A DNA stretch of 61,869 nt, filler included, from Dirinaria sp. TL-2023a (taxonomy: Eukaryota): assembly GCA_051941275.1 (NCBI GenBank). It is 14 parts of 14 records of this genome, joined end to end, with 100 filler letters (N's around TTAATTAATTAA, not from the genome) between each part and the next. Parts side by side here need not be neighbours in the genome. Positions count along the whole stretch, not along the records: positions 22,233 to 26,566 come from JAVEBF010001860.1; positions 26,667 to 30,994 come from JAVEBF010001861.1; positions 31,095 to 35,420 come from JAVEBF010001862.1; positions 35,521 to 39,841 come from JAVEBF010001863.1; 10 more parts are not named here. One strand, written 5' to 3'. Position 1 is the first letter of the stretch. Every line of letters begins with the position of its first letter. Positions 24,393 through 35,521 of the stretch are shown in pieces. The position numbers were made by a program, and so were the translations under genes. The notes under the pieces were generated by a model. The model was not told the origin of the DNA and did no database searches. It saw only the letters and a program-made list of their open reading frames with translations.

Positions 24393-24651
24393 CTTAGCGC
24401 AGAGCAAGCTCGACGTCGGGGTTACTGATGGAGATCCAGTCTTGTCGGTCTCCTGAAGCCATAATCGTGAACAAATAAGTAGTAACACTTTACACAGAAC
24501 GAAGGCGACGCGATTTTTTGGACAGGACAGTTGCCAAATTCGGAAGACGCTATCATTCGGGCACTACAAACTATTCATCTCTCAATACCGAGTTGTCTTC
24601 AGCTTCTATCTTTCATAGCTCTAAAGATCAAAAACAAGACGATCCTTCGTC

Positions 24652-25541
24652 ATGGCTTTGCCACTCCCTACTGGATTGACGCCTCCAGAGGTCGCATTTC
24701 TCTGCGAGATGGAAATGGTGACTGTCATTCCTCGCCAAAGACTTGAAAGACTGGAATTGCTCGGCGTGAGTCTCCACGATCTACCCTGAGGCCCGCTGGC
24801 TTTGCGTATGTTGCTTGTCTATCAACCATACTCCGGTTCTAATCGACCTACTCAACAATGATGGTTTTGACGGATTTCAGGGACCAATTGCACCTCTGCA
24901 ACCGCCATATCGCGCCCCTCTACCGCTGTGGCTCGCTCTACTTCTTAAACGACAGCGGCGTGCCAATATCCTCCCTCCACCTTGGCTGTCCCCGGCATCA
25001 TTAGATGCCATTCTCAAGCTCGAGACCACTATTCCGTCCTTCTCATCCCCTCCCCCCATGCCGCCTACTTCTACCAGCCCACCTTTCCTTCCAAGCGCGA
25101 CAGCAGACGCCCCACCCGACGCCCTACCATATCATTGGCTTGAGCTGGGTGAGATGTTGTTGGATGCTGCGCCTGATGACATTCCAGAGCCTGACAATGT
25201 CCGACGGCTGATGCGAGACCTGAGAGAGGTGAGGATGGCGAAGATGAGAGCTGGGGTGTCGGTTTTGGAAGGTGGGAGAGAAGTCAAGATGAATGGAGTG
25301 GGCGGAATGGAGGTTTCCGAGGGGAGGGCATTTATCAGTGGGGTCGTCGACGGGTTGCGGTACGAGACGCAATCCTACGTGTCAGGGTATATGCACATTA
25401 CCGTGAAGCTGACGAATGATTAGGAGAATCGGCGCCTCGAAAGAGCTATCGAGGAAAGAGAGAGAGGCTGAAGAACGAGAGAACGGCATTGGCAGCACTG
25501 GAAATGAGGAAGACGAGGATGAGATGGATTATCTCCGCTGA
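24652..25541 (+). CDS. PSF2: GINS complex subunit Psf2
   Basis: [72 protein letters not shown]; two introns. Confidence 0.95.
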
Positions 25542-26370
25542 TGCCCCGTTCCCCGTTCCTCACGGGCTCTGCTTTGTCTCCGGCCAATTCCAGCTCATGC
25601 ATCCTACCGTCCACGGCGATCTCGCCAAGCGTCGACAACGCTCCGTCAGCTGCCAAGACTGAGAAAGGTGGGAAGAGAGGCAAGCACCAGCCCGCGATTG
25701 CATCCGCAGCATGCAGCTGACAGCATGGTCGCCAAGAATTGTGCCGTGGAGCCACTGCTTCGACCAGTTTACGCGTCGCCGTGTTTCGGCGGAGGATTGG
25801 AGGCATCTGTTTCTCCACTCGGCACCCTCTGATCCGGGTGAAGTGATTTGAATTTGGATCTCGGGTGAGTAAGGCGAGACTATGTACCTTACCATGTTGT
25901 ACAGAGTAAAGCAAGGTATTTGTATGAGGGTGTTGACCCACACCGTCGGCATCGGCCAATTCAGCCGAGAGCTTATCGGGGGGTCTAGAGCGGACATTTA
26001 ACCCTAATCTCATCCTCTACCCCGCATCAGCTCCCATCGATTGGATTCGCTTTAGCTGTGATCGGCCAGTCAGGGCATCATCCTTCACCTTCAGGTACTA
26101 CTGGCCTTCCCTCACACACTCACACTCTCCTCATGCGCGCTCTCTTAGCTCCATTCCGCCTTGTCATCGCCTACCTTAGGGTCAGAGACAACCAAGCTTG
26201 ATTTTCCCTGCTTTACCTGACTTGTACCCCCCCCCTACCTCAGCTGGCACGAGATCCGCCTCTGCCTTCAATAATTCCCATCTTTCTTGCTCCTTGAGAC
26301 ATTATTCATCCACTCTTTTAAACCAGCCCCCTATCGATCGATCTATATCGACTTCCTAAGGTATCCCACC

Positions 26371-26566
26371 ATGGCAGCAACAGCAGCCAGCACCACTTTG
26401 ACCGGCATCCCTCACGACCTGGAGCCTCTTCCGCGCTACACTCGCGATCCCGAAACCTCCTCCGTGCACTCCTCCGCTCCCTCCTACGTCTCCGAGGTAT
26501 ACATCCTCCCTCATGCAATAATTGAAAACTCACCCCAAAAAAAGGCCCCATCATACCACTCCACCC
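26371..26566 (+). CDS. N-terminus of a hypothetical protein (truncated by contig end)
   Basis: ACCATGG start; MAATAASTT...LPRYTRDPETSSVHSSAPSYVSE followed by a probable GT donor. Confidence 0.5.
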
Positions 26567-28138
26567 NNNNNNNNNNNNNNNNNNNNNNNNNNNNNNNNNN
26601 NNNNNNNNNNTTAATTAATTAANNNNNNNNNNNNNNNNNNNNNNNNNNNNNNNNNNNNNNNNNNNNGGGTCGGGGCATGGGTCTTGCGCCTCGATATTTA
26701 GTCAATTGCTGAGTCTCTTTTGGATCGCGCCGAAGCGAGTGTGCTATCAAGATCCGATTCTCTCGAATGCTTCAGTCAAGAATGATAGATATTATTCGTA
26801 GGTGACAGGTATTTTCCCGCGCTCAAGTTCAGTGTCAGGGCAATAATGAATAAAGGAATATTCAGTAACTTTGATAGATGGAAGGGCAAGATTGGAGAAA
26901 TCGGCAGTCTTAGAAATGGAATCCCTCGAGGCAATCTTACATACCAAGGCAGCAGTCCAAGTGCTCGTGTACTGCAGCGTGTGCAGAACTGCAGGCCTGA
27001 GGTGCAGGCCAGACTGCGAGACTGCCTTGGTGGGGCATCCCCTACGGAGGTATCTATACCCCTCCCCTACATTTTGTAGCGGCCGGCGGTGCCGAGGCCG
27101 AGGCGGCTGCTCACATGGAAGCCTGCATCGAGGAGATCCCGTAAGGTAGCCATACCTTACAGCGGAGACAATAATTACTGTATGTAATTGACTCAGACCT
27201 GGACACTTTACGTAAGCCTTAATGTCGCCAGACTATACGCGATTGATATGAATGCATCGTTGCATCTTGCTCGTACGGTCCTTCAAGCATCACTCAGTTG
27301 GACTTCAAATCATAGAACTTCGCCATCTGCTATCGTAGGTACTCGTACTATTGATCTGTGAAATGGGGAGTTTCAGTTCAATGAAGTTGGGACGTTGAAA
27401 TCCCTCCTTCATGGCCTTAGCAACTCATGATCTCGGTTTGTGTGCTGGACAATCGATCGCTTAACGAAGCCTCATCAATGCCATTTCCCTTCTGGTGCTC
27501 CTCAACTATCAGCTGACGAAGTCATAACGATCAGTCGCATACTGGCTGTTCCGAAACAATGGGTCCATGTCCAGAGACGAGGGATGCTCTCCTGATTTCA
27601 AGCCAAGCTTTTTCTGCCTACTGCCTTGGGTAGCGCCTCTGTTGCTTGGGATGGAGGTCCACCTTCATGATTTCCCGGCAGACGAGCACTGATACGTGAT
27701 GCCTTGGGTTTGGAGCTGGATCCAATTCTGTCGCATGCAAACTCGTCGACTGCTAGTCTGAAAACTGAATCACACTGACGCCGATGACTTTATGGTGACT
27801 ATGATTCGACTTAGCAGATGAAACCCGGTAGTGAGCTAGTTGAATGCTTGATACGAGATAGAATAAAAAGCCTCAACGTCATTGGCTCAACGGCTACGCA
27901 GCACAGCGGGGCGCGTTTTTGGTTTTTGGGTTCGGCACGGATTTCCTCTAAGGGTAGGGAGCATGCTGATCGCTGCAAACAGGAGTCATATCAATCCCTC
28001 GAATCATATAAAATTGCGTCTCCTCACAGTCTGCGCTGGTAGCCACTCCTCGTATGCTAGCCAGTAGAGCTCGACATTGCTAATTCGAAAAGTTGTTTGC
28101 TTTGTTAATTTTTCGTGAGGGTTTTGCCGTCTGAAAGC

Positions 28139-29044
28139 ATGGGCAAAACGCTGATCTATCCCAAATCATTGAACAACACCGTTCATAGGGCCAAAGAGCG
28201 TGGTAAGCCTCATAAGAAATCTGTGAAAGTCGTACGACGTTTCTAGAGCGCGTCGTGCTTGTGGAGTAGGAAAAAGTCCGCGTATTAATAGTTTGTCTAC
28301 CATTCAGCAACCTACGATCTTGGAGCCATCCATACCATCATCAACACCACACCAGTCGTCCATGTGTCATTTAACCCCGGCGAGGATCCAGATGATCCGT
28401 TCCCAGCCATTCTCCCAATGCTGGGCCAGATGGGCTCCTTTGAGCGGCCAAGTGCGGACCTTGAAGACCCTCTTGACTGCTATATACACGGGTACGTGAG
28501 CTCACGAGTGATGAAGCTGGCAGGTGGAAGTACTGGGGGAATTCCGATGACCATAGCTGCAACCAAAGTCGACGGCATGGTGCTCAGCTTGACTCCCTTT
28601 TCGCACAGCTACAATTACCGCTCGGCAGTACTGTTTGGTTATGGGACCATAGTGACCGATGAAGAGGAGAAATGGTGGGCTATGAAGCTTGTAACGAATT
28701 CCGTGGTCCCGGGACGCTGGGAGTATACACGCACTCCAGACAATGGTGAATTGGCCTCAACATCGATCCTTAGGGTGCGCATAGTCAGCGGAAGTGGGAA
28801 GATCAGAGACGGCGGGCCTAACGACGACAAGAAGGACCTCAACAGAGACGATATTGCCGGTAAGACTTGGACTGGTGTTGTCCCCGTCTGGCAGACGGTC
28901 GGCGAGGCAGTGCCGGCGAGGACTAACCGCGTTTCGGATGTACCGGAGCACGTGCAAGCCTTTCAAAAAGAAGAAAATGGTACAAATGAGAAATATGCGG
29001 TTGAGGCGGCTAAAGCTATTCGCCCAAATCCAAAGGCTAGCTAA
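28139..29044 (+). CDS. Flavin-nucleotide-binding protein (PNPOx-like split-barrel family)
   Basis: MGKTLIYPK...ER / ATYDLGAIHTIINTTPVVHVSF; YIHGYVSSR, VDGMVLSLTPFSHSYNYRSAVLFG, SGKIRDGGP, WTGVVP. Confidence 0.88.
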
Positions 29045-29185
29045 AGCGAAACGCTTTGCATTGGCTCAAGTATTCAAGCGTGGATATGCTTTTGAGAGAC
29101 TTCGAGATCTTGCCTGCTTTCTTTACATTGGCGTGTGAGAAGCCGTGCTTACTACGCCGAAAGCGTTACGAATCTTGAAGATATT

Positions 29186-29776
29186 TCACTCTCCGGAGAG
29201 AGCCTTTTCAACCAGGCTTCTAGCACGGTCGGACATGGTGATTTGCAATGCAAGCTCATGTCCCTTATCGGACATTTTGCCCCAAGTCTTTTGTAGAATC
29301 CTGATGATCTTGTCTTCGTCGTGCTGCTGCTCAAACTCCTCGAACTGGTCGTCAAGGAACACCAGGCAGGCAACATCCTCAAGGGTCTGTGTTTCCTCAT
29401 CACTCTTCAGATCTTCCTTGCGTATCAAAGCGGCCACTCGCTCAGCGTCCTCTTCAGCATAGCCGCAGTCAATGCAAATCTGCAAAGCCATCTCGGCCTG
29501 TCGCTTTTTGAGGAACGTTCGCCAAGCGTGATACCCCATTTTCGTCATCGGATATGAGTCTCGCGGGACTTCCCATCGCCGGAGATGCTGAGCCCGTATT
29601 GCAAGGCGGAGGGGTTCCGGAGCGTTAACACACCGCTTCTCGAGATAGTTACTCATCTTCTGGCTGTAGTGCAGCTCATAAGGAATCTTTGAACCCTTGA
29701 CATCGACAATCTTTGGATCTTGGGCGTGAGCCTCGTCTATGAGGCGCAAAGCCTCATCGTACTTGGCACTCGACAT
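29186..29776 (-). CDS. DUF4202 family protein
   Basis: IDEAHAQDP, LAIRAQHLRRWEVPRDSYP, GYHAWR, QTLEDVACLVFL, KTWGKMS; intronless, 196 aa. Confidence 0.85.
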   Translation of the reverse strand: MSSAKYDEALRLIDEAHAQDPKIVDVKGSKIPYELHYSQKMSNYLEKRCVNAPEPLRLAIRAQHLRRWEVPRDSYPMTKMGYHAWRTFLKKRQAEMALQICIDCGYAEEDAERVAALIRKEDLKSDEETQTLEDVACLVFLDDQFEEFEQQHDEDKIIRILQKTWGKMSDKGHELALQITMSDRARSLVEKALSGE

Positions 29777-30202
29777 ACCGATGGCTATGAATCTGAAGCA
29801 ATTGGGGCCTGCTTTGAGACTTTTTCAAGATTCAGACCTATTGGCGGAGGCGTTCCAAAAGTTGTAGGCTAAGGTAAATCTAAGCTCTGAAGCCAAGATG
29901 GACCGGACGCCAATGGCGGAAGCTAGAACGTTACTGCGTTTCGCGCCATCCAATCGTTCGGTTCGTGTAGAGTGTAAACATGCCAAGCCTTGGCATCCGC
30001 TTAGCAATCGCGTGGTGGAGACGCGCTAGTGAGATATCAATACAAACACTCGCACCACATAAGAAACAACCACCGATTCCTCCCTCAATTGAATATCTTT
30101 GCAGCCTTCATTGCTTCACTATTATCTCCATATATCACTCGTAGGCAGTTACAAAACGAGCATGAGCTGCTGAGCTCCTATTTGTTGCTATCAGACACAG
30201 CT

Positions 30203-30994
30203 ATGGTAGGCTCGCATCGTTCATCAAAATCGCCGCTATACTGCGCAAAGCTGACAGCGTCCAGAGCTCCTCAACTCTTCGTCGCCTCGCTGCCGACCAC
30301 TCCGCACTGCATACCTCTCCCCTACCACCTTACTATCTCTTCCCAGCTTCATCTAGCGTCCCAGACGACCTCACACAATTGACAATCCTCCTGGCTGGCC
30401 CAAACGGCACACCTTACACCAACGGCCTGTGGAAGCTCCATCTCAAGATTCCCGAGGACTACCCAAAGAGCCCGCCGAAAGCCGCTTTCAGAACCAGGAT
30501 ATGGCATCCGAATGTTGAGGAAGTGTCGGGAGCGGTGTGCGTGGATACGCTGAAACGGGATTGGGAGGCGAGGTTGACGCTGAGAGATGTGCTGATTGTG
30601 GGCTCCCATACACCGTCCAGAGATCCAAACATATGCTAAAACTGATACAAAAGACAATCTCCTGCCTGCTCATCCATCCAAACCCAGACTCGGCCCTGAA
30701 CAGCAGCGCAGGCCACCTCCTGCAGGAAGAATATTCGGCCTTCGCGCACCAAGCCGCGCTGATGACGTCCATCCACGCCCGTGTGCCACCGGATCTCGCA
30801 GCGGCTGTGGAAGCCGCAAAGCAGCGCGGCGAAGATACGTCCTCTAGCATACCCTCCACAGCCACCGAGCAGCAGCAGCAACCTAGAAAACGCCGAACGG
30901 CAAGCACTTCCACGATGACGATGAAAAAACCGGCACACCTCACTCTCTTGCAAACCGAATCATCTATGCGCTCCACCTCCGCCCCCATCGCGGC
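30203..30994 (+). CDS. Ubiquitin-conjugating enzyme E2 (UBE2S-like), 3' truncated
   Basis: [55 protein letters not shown] (active-site Cys), [12 protein letters not shown]. Confidence 0.9.
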
Positions 30995-31197
30995 NNNNNN
31001 NNNNNNNNNNNNNNNNNNNNNNNNNNNNNNNNNNNNNNTTAATTAATTAANNNNNNNNNNNNNNNNNNNNNNNNNNNNNNNNNNNNNNNNNNNNACCAAC
31101 ATTATATTTCCAAAGCCTATCTCGAATGGACTTGGGCGTTTTCTAGACCTCAAGCTCGTCAGTGGCGTAACATGTGCCTAGAAAGGACGGCATAGTA

Positions 31198-31601
31198 ACC
31201 TTTTTCTCATCTTTAACAATAGACATGAAACCCTCACTTTCTTTACTGGTATCAAGAAGAAGCTCTTCTATTAGAAGAATAGCTGATGAACAGGCCCCCA
31301 GAGAATCACCAAGTAGCTGTGCAAGCTGCTTATCGAGCTCCTGATCTTCCCATGCTTCTTGATCGAGTGCATGGAGCATGCCAGAGGCCACGTCATGATC
31401 GACAACCTCTTCTAGAAGGTTTTGACATTCATTACGGAATCTAGCTCTCTGCACACACAGTTCCCGAGAGTAAATCTGAGCTTCTTTGGCGAATTTTGTA
31501 AAGCGGCTGAAGGGGCCTAAGGCATTGTTGTATTGTCGAGCAGCCGCCATCAACACTGGAAGGACTGCCAAGGCCAAGCCGGCAACTTCCAAGCCCGACA
31601 T
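31198..31601 (-). CDS. First exon of a protein with a HeLo-like/SesA-type N-terminal helical domain (truncated)
   Basis: MSGLEVAGLALAVLPVLMAAARQY...FRNECQNLL...W.D.ELDKQLAQLLG, typical of the fungal MSGLEVAG N-terminal domain class; donor GTTACT after KDEKK. Confidence 0.7.
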
Positions 31602-31923
31602 GGCCAAGAAATCGCGAAAAGGAATTCAGTCACGAAGCAATATTAAACCAAGACATGCGAATAGCGCTGGCTTTAAAGCAACATGTTCCAATCCGAAATT
31701 TTTGACTCTGAAAAGCGAATACTCATCAGCGAGGTCGAAGTGGGCGCTTCGTCCAGCCTTCCTCACATGCTATCCAGGCCGGCCATTCGTTCGTCTGCGA
31801 GGCTGTAAGGCAGCAATACTGCGGCGGGCAGCAATACTGCAGCGAACGAGCGCAAGGCAGAATGCAAGGCAGAATGCAAGGCGTACTGCCGAGGTATGAG
31901 TGATATAACCTTCAAAATATCGG

Positions 31924-33368
31924 ATGGCCACGTCCTTGCCCTCAGCCATTGTCAACATCATGGACACCCATCGCATTAAGTACAACAGCAATGATGCCTT
32001 GTCCAATTCGAGCAATGCAGCTACGGACTCAACTCACCACCACGGCTACATCAACGAATGGCTCGAATCGAGCTTCTCTTGCCTTAAAAATGTCGATGAA
32101 CAGCACATCCAAGAAGAGGATGAGGGAGGCCTCGCCGGAGGCCTCGCCACTCAACTATATTCCTCATGTCAGAGCGTGCTTGATGATCTCTGCAAGGAGA
32201 AGCAGCGCCGGAACCCCCAAGGATCGCAGCAAATTGTCTTGACCGAAGAGCTTGCCAAGTTGTACTTGTGGGGTCAGAGCTTCGCTCCTGGAGAGCTCGA
32301 CGCAGCATTGCAACACTCAGACGATGTGCGATACATCGTACTGGACGCACTTGCTTGTATTGGACGATCACTACTGCAAGGTAAGATCTCAAAAGGGCAA
32401 GAACGCTCGTGCCCGCTTTACCGCCCACCAAGCAGCACTTCTCGAAACAAGCAACTTACGTCGCTCTCGCAGAGACATCAAGACTTTTTACAGTTGCAGC
32501 TCCTAAAACCCTCATGTCAATTGCGAGCTCTCCGGGAAGAGCGAGCACGAGGACCCCAAGTGACGCCAGATCCTGTACAACTTCATTGGATCTTTTTCCT
32601 GCATCAAGCACACAATCTTCGGTTTCTTCTCCAGGCCCCCTAAAGAATTTACAGAGTATAGCGGCTCAAGAAATGACACTCTGCCCCAAGTGTAATCAGG
32701 CGTTTGGGGGTGTTTTTCAGAATAGGTTATCGAATATGAGACGTCACCTGCGACATATCCATCGTGAAGGAACACCAATCACCTGCTCCGAACCCGGGTG
32801 TGACCAAACTTTTGGGCGTGCTGATAACTTACGCATACATTTACTGAAAGCTCACAACATTGACAACCGTATCGCCCGCGGAAATCCGCGAAGATTGTCA
32901 AAAGAACAGGTTAGGCTAAAATCAATATCAGTTCATTCTGATGAACAAAGTCAGGCGCCGAGTTACCCAGTTGAGCAAACAAAAACGGCCGTTTCTTGTC
33001 AAAAGGAACAAGATGGAGACTCCAGCAATGAAGAATACATCGCAAAGTCCGGCTACAGAAGTCAGCAAGGATCATCTAAAGAAAACATTAGGCTCGATCC
33101 AAAATCTGTTGACACTAATAGGCAAGCTCTAGCACTGAGGGATCTGTTTGAGAAAATGCAAACCATCATTTCTTGTCAAAATGACAACGATGGAGACTCT
33201 GACAGCGACGACGGTCTCTCTGATAACGACGACGAAACGGGTGATATAGTTGAAGAGCTTAGATCTCATGTATCTCATCTTGTGGAACTGGGTCCCACTC
33301 TTCAGCAAAACGTCGTGTGCGCGCGAAAAGCTCGCTTTGAGATGATAAAAGAGCCACAGGCGTCCTGA
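31924..33368 (+). CDS. C2H2 zinc-finger protein (at least two exons)
   Basis: Exon 1 ...EELAKLYLWGQSF..GELDAAL..LLQ|GTAAG; then fingers CPKC..RRHLRHIH and CSEPGCDQTFGRADNLRIHLLKAH. Confidence 0.7.
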
Positions 33369-33549
33369 CGCCATTCTTGGCAGTCATATAGGTACTTACT
33401 TCTTTCCTGCGAATCTAGCGCACTTTTCTTGCTTTGATTGCTCCATTCTATAGCAATCATAGCAATACCTTGCTCATTGCCATCAATGTATTTCATCGCA
33501 TCCAATATTTTCACCCATTTGTTCTACCTTTTCATTTGTCTCTTCTCGC

Positions 33550-34200
33550 TAGAATGTATGTGTCGTTTTTTCGAAAAAGTCGTAGAAATACCCAAGATTG
33601 TCTACTTGACCGCCTTCTAAAATACATCTGACATCGACATGAAGTGGTGCGTCAGCAGATAAAAACTTTAAAAAATCCGGAGGAAGAAAATTGAAGTTCT
33701 GAGGAAAACAGTTTATCTCACGAGCGAGACGAAAGTCATTCAGCTTTTAAACAATACTCTGTATTGTACGCCTCAGATATTAAATGTAGCATCCGAGCGC
33801 GTACGAACCTTACTCCAATTCATAAATCTTTCCTATCAGCATTTCTTAAGGGTTAACACTTAGCATGAGTCGCTTCAAGTTCCACCGAACTTAGGAGGAA
33901 GTCAGTGATGGGGAAACATTTTCGCTTTCTCTCTTGTGAAAACAATCTACTAGACATAAAAAGTCGCATGCAGCGGAAATCAGTATCGGTCTACTTCTTT
34001 TTGAAACCGGTTGTTTATAATATCTATGATTGACAGGATGTACATATTTGCTGACTGACAGCCGTATATATGCACATTCCCAACATGCAAGATAAAATTC
34101 ACCCAATAACTTTTCGAGTAGCATGAGCTGTACACGAGTTCATTGAGCGTCGCGTTGTAGTGTCGTTGGAATCAGCATTTATAAGACAGTGTTAACTGTT
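33550..34200 (+). pseudogene. Decayed downstream exons of the same C2H2 protein family
   Basis: Broken motifs YVSF..LLDRLL..*HRHEVVR, EEVSDGKHF..SCENNLLDIKSRMQ and IFAD*QPYICTF, with stops and frameshifts. Confidence 0.5.
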
Positions 34201-34499
34201 CCGCTTCTTGAGAATCGTACAGAATGTGCAAGGGAAGATCCAAGACTGTTCAAAAGCGTGATCGAAGAACGTTTGAATAAAATCATCAAGACACGACGAC
34301 AGTGTGGAATCAATCGACTCTTGCACTTCGAAACCATTAAAACCCCTGCCTAAGATTTTCTACCCATGTATCTCCACCCCACTACTCAATCCATGGAATA
34401 ATACATGATTCAACATCAGTCAACCACCAACCCAACCTCCCAACATCCTAAAATTACTCCAAACCAGTCAGTCAATCCCCATGCACGAAAACCAAGCCC

Positions 34500-34802
34500 C
34501 TATTTCTTCGATTCTTCACCACCACCACCACCACCCTCTTTCTTCTCCCCCTCACCCTCCTTCTGCGCACCCTCATCCGCTTTACCAGTAACCTCCTGCG
34601 TCGCAAATTTAGATAACTTGCTCAGATCGATAGTGCCGTGGAGATCCTCGTAGGACTCATCGAAATCCGCGCTCGCACGTCCTTCGACAACTTGCTTGGG
34701 GACTTTTCTCTGGATCTGCAGCTTTATGTGCTGCGGTTCTGAGGGGCCCGCTTTGTCTTTGTCTTTGTCCTGTCCCGACTGTCCCGACTGTCCGGATGAC
34801 AT
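34500..34802 (-). CDS. Small hydrophilic hypothetical protein (~100 aa)
   Basis: MSSGQSGQSGQDKDKDKAGPSEPQHIKLQIQRK...GGGGGGEESKK*; coding-like composition only. Confidence 0.45.
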   Translation of the reverse strand: MSSGQSGQSGQDKDKDKAGPSEPQHIKLQIQRKVPKQVVEGRASADFDESYEDLHGTIDLSKLSKFATQEVTGKADEGAQKEGEGEKKEGGGGGGEESKK

Positions 34803-35521
34803 CGTGAATCGGGATCGAGGTTTTTTTTTCCCGGAAAAGTTGGGTTTGGCGGTAAATGAGGAGGGGTTTGGAGTGGTTTTTTTTTGGTAGATCGCACAGA
34901 AGCTGATGAGCGTTTTTACGCGTTTGTTCTTGTGTTCCTGATGGAATGGGAGGAGCTTGTCGCGAATGATGAGGATGGGAAATGCGTAATACAAAAGCGT
35001 TCTTTTTTATGTAGTTCTGGAGTATGTTGTTTGTTGACATTTTTTTTTAGCGCACAAATTGTTTGATACGCGATCTACATCTTCATCTGCTGATCAACGC
35101 ATGTGCGAATTCATCACGCGAGATACTGTGTGATTTACAGCAATCATGATGAAGGGAAACTTACAAACATATTGTAAAGTGGAATCAGAAGATGAAGATC
35201 TCAATGTTGCCGTAGTTGTTTACGCAAATCTAGAGAATATTGTAGAGTAACGGAGTAAGATCGCCAAACACCCTTGAAAGAAACCCCACCAATCCCTGTC
35301 TACATCCATGATCGTCTATCCTATCATCAAACCTCACCACTCCCTATCAACACCCATGCATAACACCACATGACTTCTAAACCCATCTCTCTTCCCCCCA
35401 TCTAAATCACTTCTCGGGCCNNNNNNNNNNNNNNNNNNNNNNNNNNNNNNNNNNNNNNNNNNNNTTAATTAATTAANNNNNNNNNNNNNNNNNNNNNNNN
35501 NNNNNNNNNNNNNNNNNNNNG

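Noticed and set aside
25999..26007. TAACCCTAA, a possible telomerase RNA template
   Set aside because: A single 9-mer is plausible by chance, the intergenic space is only about 830 bp, and no supporting structure is recognisable.
26667..28070. Several 60-90 aa ORFs at the start of contig 7
   Set aside because: No recognisable motifs or consistent exon structure.
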